Positions 1-12,337 of a stretch of DNA of 64,000 bases are shown here, piece by piece. The stretch lies in NCBI GenBank assembly GCA_951406725.2, contig OX597834.1:4712001-4776000 (forward strand). Reading direction: 5' to 3'. Position numbers and translations under genes: made by a program. The DNA is from Octopus vulgaris (Eukaryota). Below the pieces are notes generated by a model that was not told the origin of the DNA, did no database searches, and saw nothing but the letters and a program-made list of their open reading frames with translations. The stretch's first letter is position 1; each line of letters begins with the position of its first letter.

Positions 1-1235
1 AACAATATCCCACAATACATTTGCAGTACAAATACCGATCCTAACATTTGAAATACTTGATTGGTCTGTAGAGGAAACCCACTCCGTACATATAAAACCC
101 CGCAAAATCCTGACAAAAAATGGGAAATTCTACAGAAACAGTGATGTTGATAGTCTCTACCTAAGAAGAAATGAAGGTGGTAGAGGCCTGCGATCAGTGT
201 AGATGGCCTTCAAATGCCGTATGGTATCACTCAAATGCCGTGTCGTATCACTCAGGCTAAATAACAGGAAAAATAAATATATAGATGCAGTGCTGAAAAG
301 TGAAGTCAACAACATTGTACGAGTTGGCAGTGAGCTCTTCAAGAAGCACTCTCTTCCAAATGATCTCCTATACAGCCTCAAAAAAGCTGGGCTCTCTTAC
401 TTACCTTAGAGGAGACCTGGATGGAAAGCACTAAGCATAAAAAAAGACAAAAGACTATGAATGGGTATTTTGCCCAGAAGCCTGAAGAAGACAGTAGAAT
501 TAACACGAAGCGCTGCCTCTCTTGGACATAAGGCCACTACCTCACATCACACTTTGAGGGCTATGCGTTTGCAATCCAGGAATAGATTGCCACAAAGTAC
601 CTGGTGAACAAGAGAGACAGTGACGCTCTTGTAATCCCAAGGTGCAACCGCATGTGTAGTCTATGTCATGTTTCTGTGGAAGACATCATGCATACGATTA
701 GCAGCTGTCCTAAAATATCGTCAGAGTACTACCTGCCTAAGCGGCACGATGCTGTTGCTAAAGCAATTTACAATGCCAACCGCAAAAAAAGTCTGTCCTG
801 AAAATCCCTCTGTTATGGAATACATTCATAGACAGTAACTCAAGGAATACTGGTGGAATATTCCCATCAAAACGTCTGTCAAATGTAAATATAATAGGAG
901 GCTTATTGTTGTTTCAGATATATGGGCAAAGGTATATACCATTATAGAGTTCAGCGGCCCTGCAGATATAAATTTTCTCTTGGAAAATCGAAGTAAAATA
1001 GGATATCTAAGGACAACTGCTTCAAAACCTTCAGCTTCTATATCCAGATTATGAATTCCTATTCATACCAATAATAATTGGAGCACTAGGTTTTGTTAGG
1101 AAATGCTTAAAGTAGAATCTGGGTAAACTGGGATTTTCAGAAAGAGAAAACGATCGGCTGATTTGTACATTACAAGAGCTATCTGTGAGTGGAACAGTAA
1201 AAGTATGCGAGACTTTTCTCAAGTTCCAAATGTGA
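1..1235 (+). mobile_element. Decayed 3' part of an RLE-type non-LTR retrotransposon (R4/Dong-like)
   Basis: Interrupted frames encode LYLRRNEGGRGLRSV (post-RT), HFEGYAFAIQE, a CCHC knuckle (CSLCHVSVEDIMHTISSC) followed by KRHD, then YWWNIPIKT and PIIIGALG. This order is typical of the RT C-terminus/zinc knuckle/restriction-like endonuclease. Stops and frameshifts are present. Confidence 0.85.
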
Positions 1236-1335
1236 ATTAGTCTGTGTTAATTACATCGCAAAGATGGAACCTTGTATCTTTGTTGGAAACTGGTTCCCTG
1301 TTCAGTGGAAGATTTATAATAATTAGAAAATAGAA

Positions 1336-1371
<36 letters not shown>

Positions 1372-1676
1372 AATATATGAATATACACAGGTCTGGCCAA
1401 TAGTCACCCGACAGTAACTAAAAAAATTGCATAAATAATTAATAATCAATTTTATTTATTCATTCCAATAATGATTGCTTAATAATTGAATGCTGTGAGT
1501 TAAAATCCCAAATTGTTTTCAATATTTGCCTTTTTATTAGCGAAGTCTCATATAAAACATTTAAAAAAAAATCTTGGAATTAAATGGTTTTGAATTACTG
1601 TCAGGTGAGTTTTGGCCATCCTGTGCATTATATATATATATATTTATATATATGTGTGTGTTTGTGTGTGTGTGCA

Positions 1677-1730
<54 letters not shown>

Positions 1731-1734
<4 letters not shown>

Positions 1735-2360
1735 TAAAAACGGTAAGATAACAAAAGATATATATACATATATCTTAGACTACCCGTTACATGTTGGGTC
1801 ACCGGGAGACTCTGAGTTTCCCAGCAACGGAGTTTTGTTTCGTACGTTTTTTTCTTTACCAGGTTATTTCGCATGCTTTCAACGAATGTGACATCGAAAT
1901 CTCGCGTAAACGGCTCCTTTCCCCAGAAAAGGAAAGCTCTAGCTGCTATTTTTTGCACGGGGTCTTTTATTGCAAATTTGGACTCCTTTATCGCAAATAG
2001 CTGTTTCGTGGTAGCAGGGCGTGCTAGAAATAGCAACGAAATCTTTGGAGGTGAGACCCGTTGAATGCACTCGAAAAAATCCCATGGAAAAAAACCAATT
2101 TCACAATAGCACCACTAATGCACGTGTTACAGACCTAGGGGATCTCTTCGTCTAATGTTATTTTTGTAGACATCATCAGAGACAAGAGTGTCACTACTCG
2201 CCTCGTCTGTAACTGAGCATGAAACAGCTTTTGGTCCTGTATTCACAACTCTGATTAATACTTCCCGTAACTTAACGATGATTTCTACCTGATGATCAAA
2301 ATTACACATTTTAAGGGAGGTGCATACGCATTTAACCCGCTTGCGGAATTCGAACTTAGA
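1731..2360 (-). mobile_element. (TA)n-associated repeat with a degenerate hammerhead motif (Penelope-like terminal-repeat remnant)
   Basis: Abuts a (TA)n tract. The minus strand at 2142-2183 reads GTCT-CTGATGA-T-GTCTA-loop-TAGAC-GAAG-AGAT, giving the core, stem II and stem I but no stem III or cleavage site. Confidence 0.45.
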
Positions 2361-2372
2361 AGAAATAAACAT

Positions 2373-2770
2373 AGGAGTGGCTGTGTGGTAAGTAGCTTGC
2401 TTACCAACCACATGGTTCCGGGTTCAGTCCCACTGCGTGGCACCTTGGGCAAGTGTCTTCTACTATAGCCTCGTGTCGACCAAAGCCTTGTGAGTGGATT
2501 TGGTAGACGGAAACTGAAAGAAGCCCGTCGTATACATGTATATATATATGTATGTGTATATGTTTGTGTGCCTGTGTTTGTTCCCCCAACATCGCTTGGC
2601 AACCGATGCTGGTGTGTTTAGGTCCCCGTAACTTAGCGGTTCGGCAAAAGAGACCGATAGAATAAGTACTGGGCTTACAAAAGAATAAGTCCTGGGGTCG
2701 ATTTGCTCAACTAAAGGCGGTGCTCCAGCATGGCCACAGTCACATGACTGAAACAAGTAAAAGAAAAGAA
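2373..2770 (+). mobile_element. tRNA-derived SINE family A
   Basis: A-box-like TGGCTGTGTGG, B-box-like GGTTCAGTCCC, internal TA/TG microsatellite and (GTAAAAGA)-type tail. Near-identical to other copies in the window. Confidence 0.9.
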
Positions 2771-4087
2771 AAACGAAATGTAACGAAGTACATTAGCAGA
2801 CACCGTACTACCTACCACAAAGCTTATCAAGCATATATAAGCGTTCGTATAGCAAATTATTCGCTTCTCATCTTCTTGTCTATATTATCAGTCAGTCACG
2901 TATAATATATTCTCATTACCAATATACCAGGGAATGACTAAAAGACTACACAAGCTATTACGGACATACTGAAAGCGATAGAAACCCATGCGCAAACAGA
3001 CGCATACATAAGACCATAAAACATACACACACACACATACAGACACAAACTCAAACACACAAACACGTACTACAACAGTACAGGTCATGATACTAGTATC
3101 TCTTAACAACCTAAATCTGTTTTTCTTTCTCATTTTCTTTCTCTTGTCTCGTCTTTCAATTCTATCCCTCCATTCATCATTATATTCCTACATAAAAACA
3201 TCCGAAATAGACTAAAAACGTGTTCTGTTTTTATTTTAAATTTAACTCATGCAGAAATATACCACAAAGATTGCCACATCCGCTCCTTAGAGTTGGTAAG
3301 AATTTTTATCAGTAAACATAGCCATATGAGACTTCTATCAACTTCAGACATGAATAGAATTGTAAAACTGTTTATTCTCACTTGTTTCTCCCACTGGGTA
3401 CGATGCCAAACCGAAAAGATAAATTTGTGCAGATTGTGGGTAACACACCAATTACAACAATACATTAAAAGATTCAAAATATTGTTAAAGAACATTTAAA
3501 TGTCAAATGTTTTTATTTTTTACTAAGATTTCTTTAGTAATTCTACGTTTATTTTATGATTTTTATGCTGTTTTTCTTTATCTGTTTTATACATTTCTTT
3601 TTTCTTTTGGGTTCTACAATTCTTATTTTTTTTACTTCCTCAGTATTCGAAACTAGAAAAACAAAAACAGAAAGCAAATAGCTTTAAAATGTGTATAAAA
3701 CAAACAATAAGCTTAGGCGACAATACAATAAACAATACAAACACAACGAATGTAAAAGATTTCTGGAATATCTCTGTGATTGCAGATTCGCTTGAAATGC
3801 ACGGAAAGTATTTCTAAAATGTTAATTCATAGATTTTCACCCTTGGTGGTTGAAGTTTTATTTTTGTATGTTTCTTAACGCTCTCTTTCCTTCTTTTTTT
3901 TATTTATAAATAACACAAAATATCTTTTGGGTTGTTATCATTGATATTTCATTTCCTTTAGACAACAAAATAATCATTTTGAGAATTTCATCAGAAAATA
4001 AAAACAAATTTTGAATACAAACACGAAGAAGATCTATGAATATTTCTGAAATCAATATACTGGAGATATGTCCGTCGGTTTGATAAA

Positions 4088-4343
4088 TATGCATGTGTGT
4101 ATATTTCTATGTATGTATGTATGTATGTATGTATGTATGTATGTATGTATGTATGTATGTATGTATGTATGTATGTATGTATGTATGTATGTATGTATGT
4201 ATGCATGTATGTACGCACCCTCAGTATGTATGTATATGTGTATGTCTGCCTGTCTGTATGTATGTATGCATGTGTGTGTCTGTGTGTGTGATTATAGTTA
4301 TCCATAAAAACATATTCATACACATATTTACTTATATGCATGA

Positions 4344-4378
<35 letters not shown>

Positions 4379-4540
4379 TACATATGTATGTACGTATGTA
4401 TATATATACACAGATATACACACGCGTATATATATATACATACATAGATGCATATATATATGTACGCATGTGTATGTATATATATATACATTCATGAGTA
4501 AATACATATGTACATACATACGTACATACATACACACACA
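4088..4540. repeat. Compound (TATG)n/(TA)n/(TG)n microsatellite
   Basis: Directly visible. Confidence 0.95.
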
Positions 4541-4800
4541 TAAAATTTCACAACGGACTGGCATCGTCTAGAAATTGAACTTGCTGCCGGTTGCACTATA
4601 TTGGTCATCTCGTTTGTGCCTGTTATTGAGATGCTACTTAGATCAACAGACTGCTCAGAAGAAATGGCTAAATTGAAATCATTCAAAAATGCATTCATGG
4701 ACTACATAGCAATACTAATAAGGGACTAAAAGGCTATGCAAATAGTTCTGGATAGAGTGGTTAGACCAGAATGCGATATAAGGCAAATAAAGCGCACAGT
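4541..4800 (+). mobile_element. Reverse transcriptase fragment of an RLE-type LINE (probably HERO/NeSL-like)
   Basis: Translates NFTTDWHRLEIELAAGCTILVISFVPVIEMLLRS...KNAFMDYI, a decayed form of the G.xxGCTIS and (Y/F)MDD RT motifs. Confidence 0.7.
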
Positions 4801-6500
4801 CTAACTTACGCGAAAGGTCGGCAAAAGCAAGAGAAGTTCAAAAATAGCAGGAGAAAACTCCCAACAGTTGAAGACAAACGTGTAAGAAGCTAAGGACGAT
4901 TGTATGCTTACTCGTTGTCTGATAGGAGTAAGGGGCTTTGAGATCTGCATAGCCTTTGCACCCTACCCTCCAATCGGCTACTTCCACATAATCTTTGCGT
5001 GCGTCCAACATCCCATTCCAATAGACCACTGATAATAATAAGCAAAGTCTGTAGGCAATTAGAGAGATCGTATGACTCCTGTCTGAGAGTATACGTTCCC
5101 CAGTCTAAAAGCATAGTCGTTACCTTTATTGCTACTCATATCCAAGACCACCAACTTACTGACTGTATTCGCTTTTATATTTAGACCTTTCCTAAACAGC
5201 ACCATCACACCATTTGATTCAGGCCAAGCAAAGGAGACACAAAACTCGTAGTCGTCCAGAAGAAAACCCAGCGACTACTTTTCGGTAATCCTGGCCTCGT
5301 TAATACCACAGCAATCCGTATATAATAACCTGATATCTTTGAGCAGGTGTCTATGCATCCAGCCTATTCGTAGTATTGTCTTTACTGGACAAAGAGGAAG
5401 TGAAGAAAAAAATAGTATTTCTGTGTCTTATGGCGATTAGAAAATTTCATTCTTCTGCATTAAAGTTATGACCAGGCAGAGGCAATATCTTGAAATTTTG
5501 CTCGTCAGTAACAGTAGTTATTGCAGCTTATGTATGTATTTGCTTTTGCATCCAGTACTCCATTTTATTGTAGAATATTTTCTTCTCTCTACTTTAAATG
5601 TCGAATACATTTTTGAATGCGTAGCAGCATAGCATTTGCTTCGCTATCCATACAAATGTGTGTGTGTGTGTGTATCTACCTTTATTAGTATTTTCTTTAA
5701 ACACGTTATACCACTTTACTGTGACATTTATTGACTCTAAATCTAATCTATATACTCATTTACCTTTGACAGGTAAATAATAATGCCACTACAATTACAT
5801 TGGAATTTGGTTAGGTCTGAAGTGTTTATGGATTTTGATTAGGGTTAGGAATATATCAAGAAATATATCAACCTATCCACCTGAAGTTAGCCTCGGCAGA
5901 AAACTGAATTTATCGCAATAAAATGTTACGTTTGTCTGGTATTGACAACTTAAATATCATCTGCATCATACTTCATTTCAGCAGCAAGTACGCAGATGGA
6001 ACATCACACTCATCATTTTAGGAATACTCGCATCATATGACGAAGGTAATTATTTATTATATTTAATTTGTGGATCACAATTTGGGCTAAAGTTCACCTT
6101 AAATTGCCGCATCAAATTTCTTGCTACGCTGGGTATCAGCGGTATATTTATTTAAATGCTGGCAGGCTTGCAACCATTGAAATTATCCAAACGAATATAG
6201 CCATAAACTGAATTTATATTTTTAATTACCCCACGTATGACTATGCACTACGTAATCGAATTCAATAAAACTATGAAATCAGATTGAAACTAAGCTATCG
6301 AGCAGCCGAGGATATTCTCAGGGGTAGAAAAAAAAAAGACTATGAAATTGAATTTGAGATAAAATCTTCTATCACATTATAAGTCGAAGGAATTACCGTC
6401 GTCGGTTACATGAAACTCTAAAAAAACGACTATTACCAACTTACATAGTTGCACAAATACACACACTAGCACTATATATATATATACATATGTATGTATA

Positions 6501-6529
<29 letters not shown>

Positions 6530-6532
<3 letters not shown>

Positions 6533-6637
6533 CTTTGTGCTATTTGTTCCATTTAGTCTCGTTGTTTGCATATTTAACACGGTTGCTTTCATACTTCATG
6601 TTGTTTACTGTTGGTGACGTCCTGTACCCATATATGC

Positions 6638-6640
<3 letters not shown>
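6530..6640 (+). repeat. Short (TA)-flanked dispersed repeat (3' fragment of the element at 6830-7455)
   Basis: The run 'tcgttgtttgcatat...tacttcatgttgtttac...tgacgt.ctgtacccatatatgcata' is shared with 7370-7452. Confidence 0.75.
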
Positions 6641-6701
<61 letters not shown>

Positions 6702-6742
6702 AATAATAAAATGACAAAAAAAGAATGAGACCTCGATATTAC

Positions 6743-6799
<57 letters not shown>

Positions 6800-6829
6800 C
6801 ATACACGTATATATTATTTATATTATTAT

Positions 6830-7455
6830 TGAATTGAATGCCATGCATCCATTTCCAAATAAGTTTATCTTAACCTGTCTGATGCGACTCTGTTCTATAA
6901 AGTTTCCTCCACATTCTTCTCTAATTCCCTTTTCTCCACCGTTTTCTATCTCTCTCCCCTTTTTCTCTTTTCTCTCGTTGCTCACATGTGACCATCATCC
7001 ATCTTTCTTTACCTCACGCGTCCATCTCCCTTTTCCTGCATGGACGTTCTAAGGACTGGACGTATTCTATCTCTTCTGCCTTTTCTCATTTCAAAGAAAA
7101 TATTTCTCTCAGAGTTTACTTTTTTCCACTCATTTTGGTCTAACGACCCTCTACGTTTTCGTTCGGTATCCTTGTACATCTCTACTCTCCTGTTTTTGCT
7201 CCCAATTTTGATCCTCCATAAAATCCAAAATTTTATTTAGGAAGTTATGGGAGCAACTGTTTTCGAACTCTTATGTTGTGGTTGAATGCTCGAAATGAGG
7301 CGGAGATAGACAGCCGGCAACTGATGAAGGGTCGTTGTTTGTGTTACTTGTCCTGTTTTCCACTTTTTTTTCGTTGTTTGCATATGTAACTAGTTTGTTT
7401 TCGTACTTCATGTTGTTTACAATTGCTGACGTTCTGTACCCATATATGCATATAC
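6830..7455 (+). mobile_element. (TA)n-embedded dispersed repeat, possibly Penelope-like derived
   Basis: Bounded by TA tracts, pyrimidine-rich body, isolated CTGATGA at 7321, and 3' end duplicated at 6530-6640. Confidence 0.4.
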
Positions 7456-7467
7456 ATGTTGTGTATG

Positions 7468-7524
<57 letters not shown>

Positions 7525-7530
7525 TAAATG

Positions 7531-7584
<54 letters not shown>

Positions 7585-7630
7585 CATGTACACACACCAT
7601 TATATATATATATGTATATATATATTATAT

Positions 7631-7682
<52 letters not shown>

Positions 7683-8609
7683 GTATTGTTTACAGGTGTT
7701 ATCGAAAATGTACTTCTAAATAAAAAGTGGATGTATGGAATTGTTTTTCTAATTAGTATAAAAACCCAATATTTTTTAGATGTCAGTCAATAGTTTTCAC
7801 CAAATGTCAGTCATGAGGCTTCTCGGTCATTGTTATTTGACAAATAAAATGAACGTAACGGCAAAAATATATCTGTTGCAAAATATACACTTTGAGAAGG
7901 CTGCTTACAAAGCATGTTTACACTGTCATATTGTCCCTAAATTTGGGAATAGAATTATTTCCCTATCATATGTAAATTAAAACCCGTAGAATGCTTAATA
8001 ATTAGGCTCAATTATTTTCTTTGAGGAAGCACCAGTAGATTCTCGGAATCCAACTTTACAAAAAATGAAAAAAATATGGAAAAGAATAATTGTAATTCCT
8101 AAGCAGAGACTCGTTGTCTGAGTACATAAACTGAATACCAGATTCTCGTTCCTTGGAGAAAAACATTGTTCCTATAGATATTACATAGATTATAATACTA
8201 TTTAAGCTTATTTAAGACGAGTGTTATCTGTAACCCAGATTATTCACGAATATACATTTAAGTCCTAGAGAAAAGACTTTTTCTTCAAACTTAATCAAGT
8301 TTGAAGAATCACGACAAAATAAGTGTTTGGCAAAACGTATGGGCTTCGTATTCCAACGATACTCCGTAAAATTAATCATGATACCCTTCCTTTAAAACAT
8401 GTGGCCTTGTGCCTGCGTCAATTAGCAGGAATATATGCAAATACAGCTGATGACTTTACGAAAATACTTGGTAGTGAAACACATGGGTAGAGAAACATGT
8501 TTAACACAAGAGAATTCACAATAAAAGCAATAAGCAATTTTGGCAATATTTTCAATTCTACCAACTTTTAGAACACACATACATACATGCTCTCCTTTTC
8601 CCCTCTCTC

Positions 8610-8650
<41 letters not shown>

Positions 8651-8948
8651 ATATATATATATATATTCGTCCTTCGGTTCGATAGATGACCAACTATATC
8701 TAATAAAAGGAATTCCAGACCTTGTCTGGTTTTCACGATTTACAATCCGGCAATGATATATTATAAGATAATATATTATAATTGAATAAAATAAAATGAA
8801 ATAGTAGAATGGCTAAATGTTCTTTACTGCATTGAACTAGTACTTTCATGCATTAACCGAATCCGTCAATCTTCGGCTGTTCATGTAGTAGTCTTGACAG
8901 ACATTTCCATCGGAACAGAGACCAGAATTTGTGCCAACCGCTCATCCT

Positions 8949-9046
<98 letters not shown>

Positions 9047-9595
9047 ATAATTACTACGTTTTGAAAACATTTTCACATAGTTGGAGGGAGTGCTATGAGT
9101 ACAAAGATGGTAAAATTTATAGTTCCAGTAGTAGATTAACCAGCCAAAAAGGGTCGAGTCAGAACGTATGGCGCGGTAGAGCAGGGAAGAGTTGAGTGAC
9201 GAAGGAAAAATGGTCGGAAGAGGGGAAGACGGATCTCCCGAGGCAGTATAGAGAAGAGAAAAAGAAGTAAGGAGAATCGAACAAAGCGATACGAAAAGGA
9301 GGTAAGGAGGTTCGAACTATGACAAGTGCATGTATGTCTGTGTGTGTTTATGTGTGTTGTAGGCGTGCGTGTGTGTTTGTGTAGCCGCGTGCAGAGGTTT
9401 AAGCTACGAATTCGGAACCGTAAAAGAGGTTCTCAGAGCGTTTGTCAAGCAGAACGGTGGTGGCGGGTTAAGTGGAAGGCGTGTGAGTGTGTTGGAAAAC
9501 GCATGCGTGCGATTGTATATACGCGCGTGTGTGTGTGTGTGCCTGATGTGCATTCTTGTGCAGGTGTTGGTGTTAGTGAATATATGCGAGTGTTA

Positions 9596-10916
9596 AAGGC
9601 GGCGCGCCGGGCGAGATGCTTAGCGGTATTTCGTCTGCCGTTACGTTCTGAGTTCAAATTCCGCCGAGGTCGACTTTGCCTTTCATCCTTTCGGGGTCGA
9701 TAAATTAAGTACCAGTTACGCACTGGGGTCGATGTAATCGACTTAATCCATTTGTCTGTCCTTGTTTGTCCCCTCTGTGTTTAGCCCCTTGTGGGTAATA
9801 AAGAAATAGGTATTTCGTCTGCCGTTACGTTCTGAGTTCAAATTCCGCTGAGGTCGACTTTGCCTTTCATCCTTTCGGGTCGATAAATTAAGTACCAGTT
9901 ACGCACTGGGGTCGATGTAATCGACTTAATACCTATGTCTGTCCTTGTTTGTCCCCTCTGTGTTTAGCCCCTTGTGGGTAATAAAGAAATAGAAATAGGT
10001 ATTTCGTCTGCCGCTACGTTCTGAGTTCAAATTCCGCTGAGGTCGACTTTACCTTTCATCCTTTCGGGGTCGATAAATTAAGTACCAGTTACGCACTGGG
10101 GTCGATGTAATCGACTTAATACCTATGTCTGTCCTTGTTTGTCCCCTCTGTGTTTAGCCCTTGTGGGTAATAAAGAAATAGGTATTTCGTCTGCCGTTAC
10201 GTTCTGAGTTCAAATTCCGCCGAGGTCGACTTTGCCTTTCATCCTTTCGGGGTCGATAAATTAAGTACCAGTTACGCACTGGGGTCGATGTAATCGACTT
10301 AATACCTATGTCTGTCCTTGTTTGTCCCCTCTGTGTTTAGCCCCTTGTGGGTAATAAAGAAATAGGTATTTCGTCTGCCGTTACGTTCTGAGTTCAAATT
10401 CCGCCGAGGTCGACTTTGCCTTTCATCCTTTCGGGGGTCGATAAATTAAGTACCAGTTACGCACTGGGGCCGATGTAATCGACTTAATACCTATGTCTGT
10501 CCTTGTTTGTCCCCTCTGTGTTTAGCCCCTTGTGGGTAATAAAGAAATAGGTATTTCGTCTGCCGTTACGTTCTGAGTTCAAATTCCGCTGAGGTCGACT
10601 TTGCCTTTCATCCTTTCGGGGTCGATAAATTAAGTACCAGTTACGTACTGGGGTCGATGTAATCGACTTAATACCTATGTCTGTCCTTGTTTGTCCCCTC
10701 TGTGTTTAGCCCCTTGTGGGTAATAAAGAAATAGGTATTTCGTCTGCCGTTACGTTCTGAGTTCAAATTCCGCTGAGGTCGACTTTGCCTTTCATCCTTT
10801 CGGGATCAATAAATTAAGTACCAGTTACACACTGGGGTCGATGTAATGGACTTAATCCATTTGTCTGTCCTTGTTTGTCCCCTCTATGTTTAGCCCCTTG
10901 TGGGCAATAAAGAAAT
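9596..10916 (+). mobile_element. SINE family B concatemer: one head plus seven ~184-bp units
   Basis: Units start at GGTATTTCGTCT at 9625, 9809, 9998, 10181, 10365, 10550 and 10734, each with B-box GAGTTCAAATTCC. A 16-bp TSD ATATATGCGAGTGTTA lies at 9580-9595 and 10917-10932. Confidence 0.95.
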
Positions 10917-11145
10917 ATATATGCGAGTGTTAGTGAAAGACAAAATGTGAATTTGAGACACTAAACTCTAAAGAAATAGCTAATATATACTTCAAAAGTA
11001 GAAATGAAACTCAGGTAATATTTTTTCTCAATGGAAGTATAACATGTGTATGGACACATGTGGTGAAAACTGAAAATATAGTCGCTCCATAATAATACAA
11101 TGATTTTCAATATTAGTTTCAGGAAAAGGCGGTGAGGTGACAGAA

Positions 11146-11335
11146 ATGCTTGCTCGCCGTGCAAAATGCTTTATAGCATTTCGTCCATCTTTGCGTTCTG
11201 AGTTCGAATTCTTCTGAGGTCGACTTTGCCTTTCATCTTTTCGTGGATCAATAAAATTGCAGTTGAGTACAGGAATCGATGTTACCGACTTATCCCCTCC
11301 CCCAAATTGCTGGCCTTGTGACAAACTTTGAAATT
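11146..11335 (+). mobile_element. SINE family B, older subfamily with alternative tail
   Basis: Diverged head and central GAGGTCGACTTTGCCTTTCATC domain, with tail ...CCCCAAATTGCTGGCCTTGTG instead of the GAAATA tail. Confidence 0.8.
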
Positions 11336-12064
11336 AACGTTACGGTTCAGAAACCTATTCTATATTGAAATCTTCATCGTGTATATAGAATATGACGTGC
11401 AATATTATCGATGGACATATAAAAATAACAACCACTATACATTTACTGCTTCCTTTCTTTTACATAAATTGACATTTATATAATATAAGCTTTCTAGAAA
11501 AGTTATAAAGAAAACGTTGGATACGTTAACCGGTATAGATATGCTAACCAGTATAGAATATGAACAAGTGAAAATTAAAAATAAATAGTTGAATAATATA
11601 TATTTATATTAGTTTAGAGGAAAATGCTAGCTTCAATATAATTTGAAGTGGGGTGCGTCGGGGGTGTATTTACACTCAGTCAAATTGACCTTTTGTGCTA
11701 GGATGATATTTTTAAAGCAAACAGCATCTTGTGTCATTAAACAGAAATTCAAATACTAAATCAATACCGGAAATGAGAAGGCAAACAAGGAAAGCGGGGA
11801 AAGATAAAAACGCATTTATGATTTTGTTAGAGAAAAGTGATGATTTTGTTTCAATATAGGAAAAAATTTCCTCAGTGTACATTTATATAATATATTGTTT
11901 CCGATAAAAAAAACCCCCAAAAAACTATTTTTTATTTACGATATACATTCAAATATTTCTCCGCATACGTGAAATATATGAGACATTAACATAGAAATAC
12001 ACTTTTAAAGACAGGCAAACATACACACACACACACACACACACATATATCAATATCAATATCA

Positions 12065-12103
<39 letters not shown>

Positions 12104-12270
12104 CATACGTATGACTTTACGCACACACACTTCGCACACGCACATTTATATTTTAATATTTCGCTTAGGTATAGCGATACGTATAACTTGGATTTAGAAC
12201 TCAATATAAATATGCTTCGATATAAAGTATTAGTTTTATGCAGAGCATAGCAACAGATAATTTAAATGAT

Positions 12271-12323
12271 AATGGAACAAGAAATTATGTAATGAATTTC
12301 ATTACATAATATCTTGTTCCATT
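12271..12323. repeat. Near-perfect 53-bp palindrome
   Basis: AATGGAACAAGAAATTATGTAATGAA-T-TTCATTACATAATATCTTGTTCCATT, with one mismatch. Confidence 0.9.
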
Positions 12324-12337
12324 GTTATTTATATATA

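Noticed and set aside
2285-2756. Recurring ORFs such as RRASFSFRLPNPLTRLW and YRPRKDERQSRPRRNLNSE
   Set aside because: Antisense translations of SINE families A and B. The recurrence reflects repeat copies, not a protein family.
7315-7345. Hammerhead at CTGATGAAGGG
   Set aside because: No stem II closure or GAAA follows.
8440-8495. Hammerhead at CAGCTGATGA...GTGAAACAC
   Set aside because: Core words are present but stems I and II do not pair convincingly.
8825-8890. Minus-strand CCGAAGA...GAAAGTACT hammerhead-like motif in a TA-flanked insert
   Set aside because: Stem I and stem II are out of register. Possibly a decayed copy, but not supportable from this sequence alone.
9625-10916. CRISPR array or hammerhead-bearing retrozyme interpretation of the 184-bp tandem
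   Set aside because: There are no unique spacers or cas genes and the context is eukaryotic. I found no CUGANGA/GAAA hammerhead arrangement on either strand of the unit.
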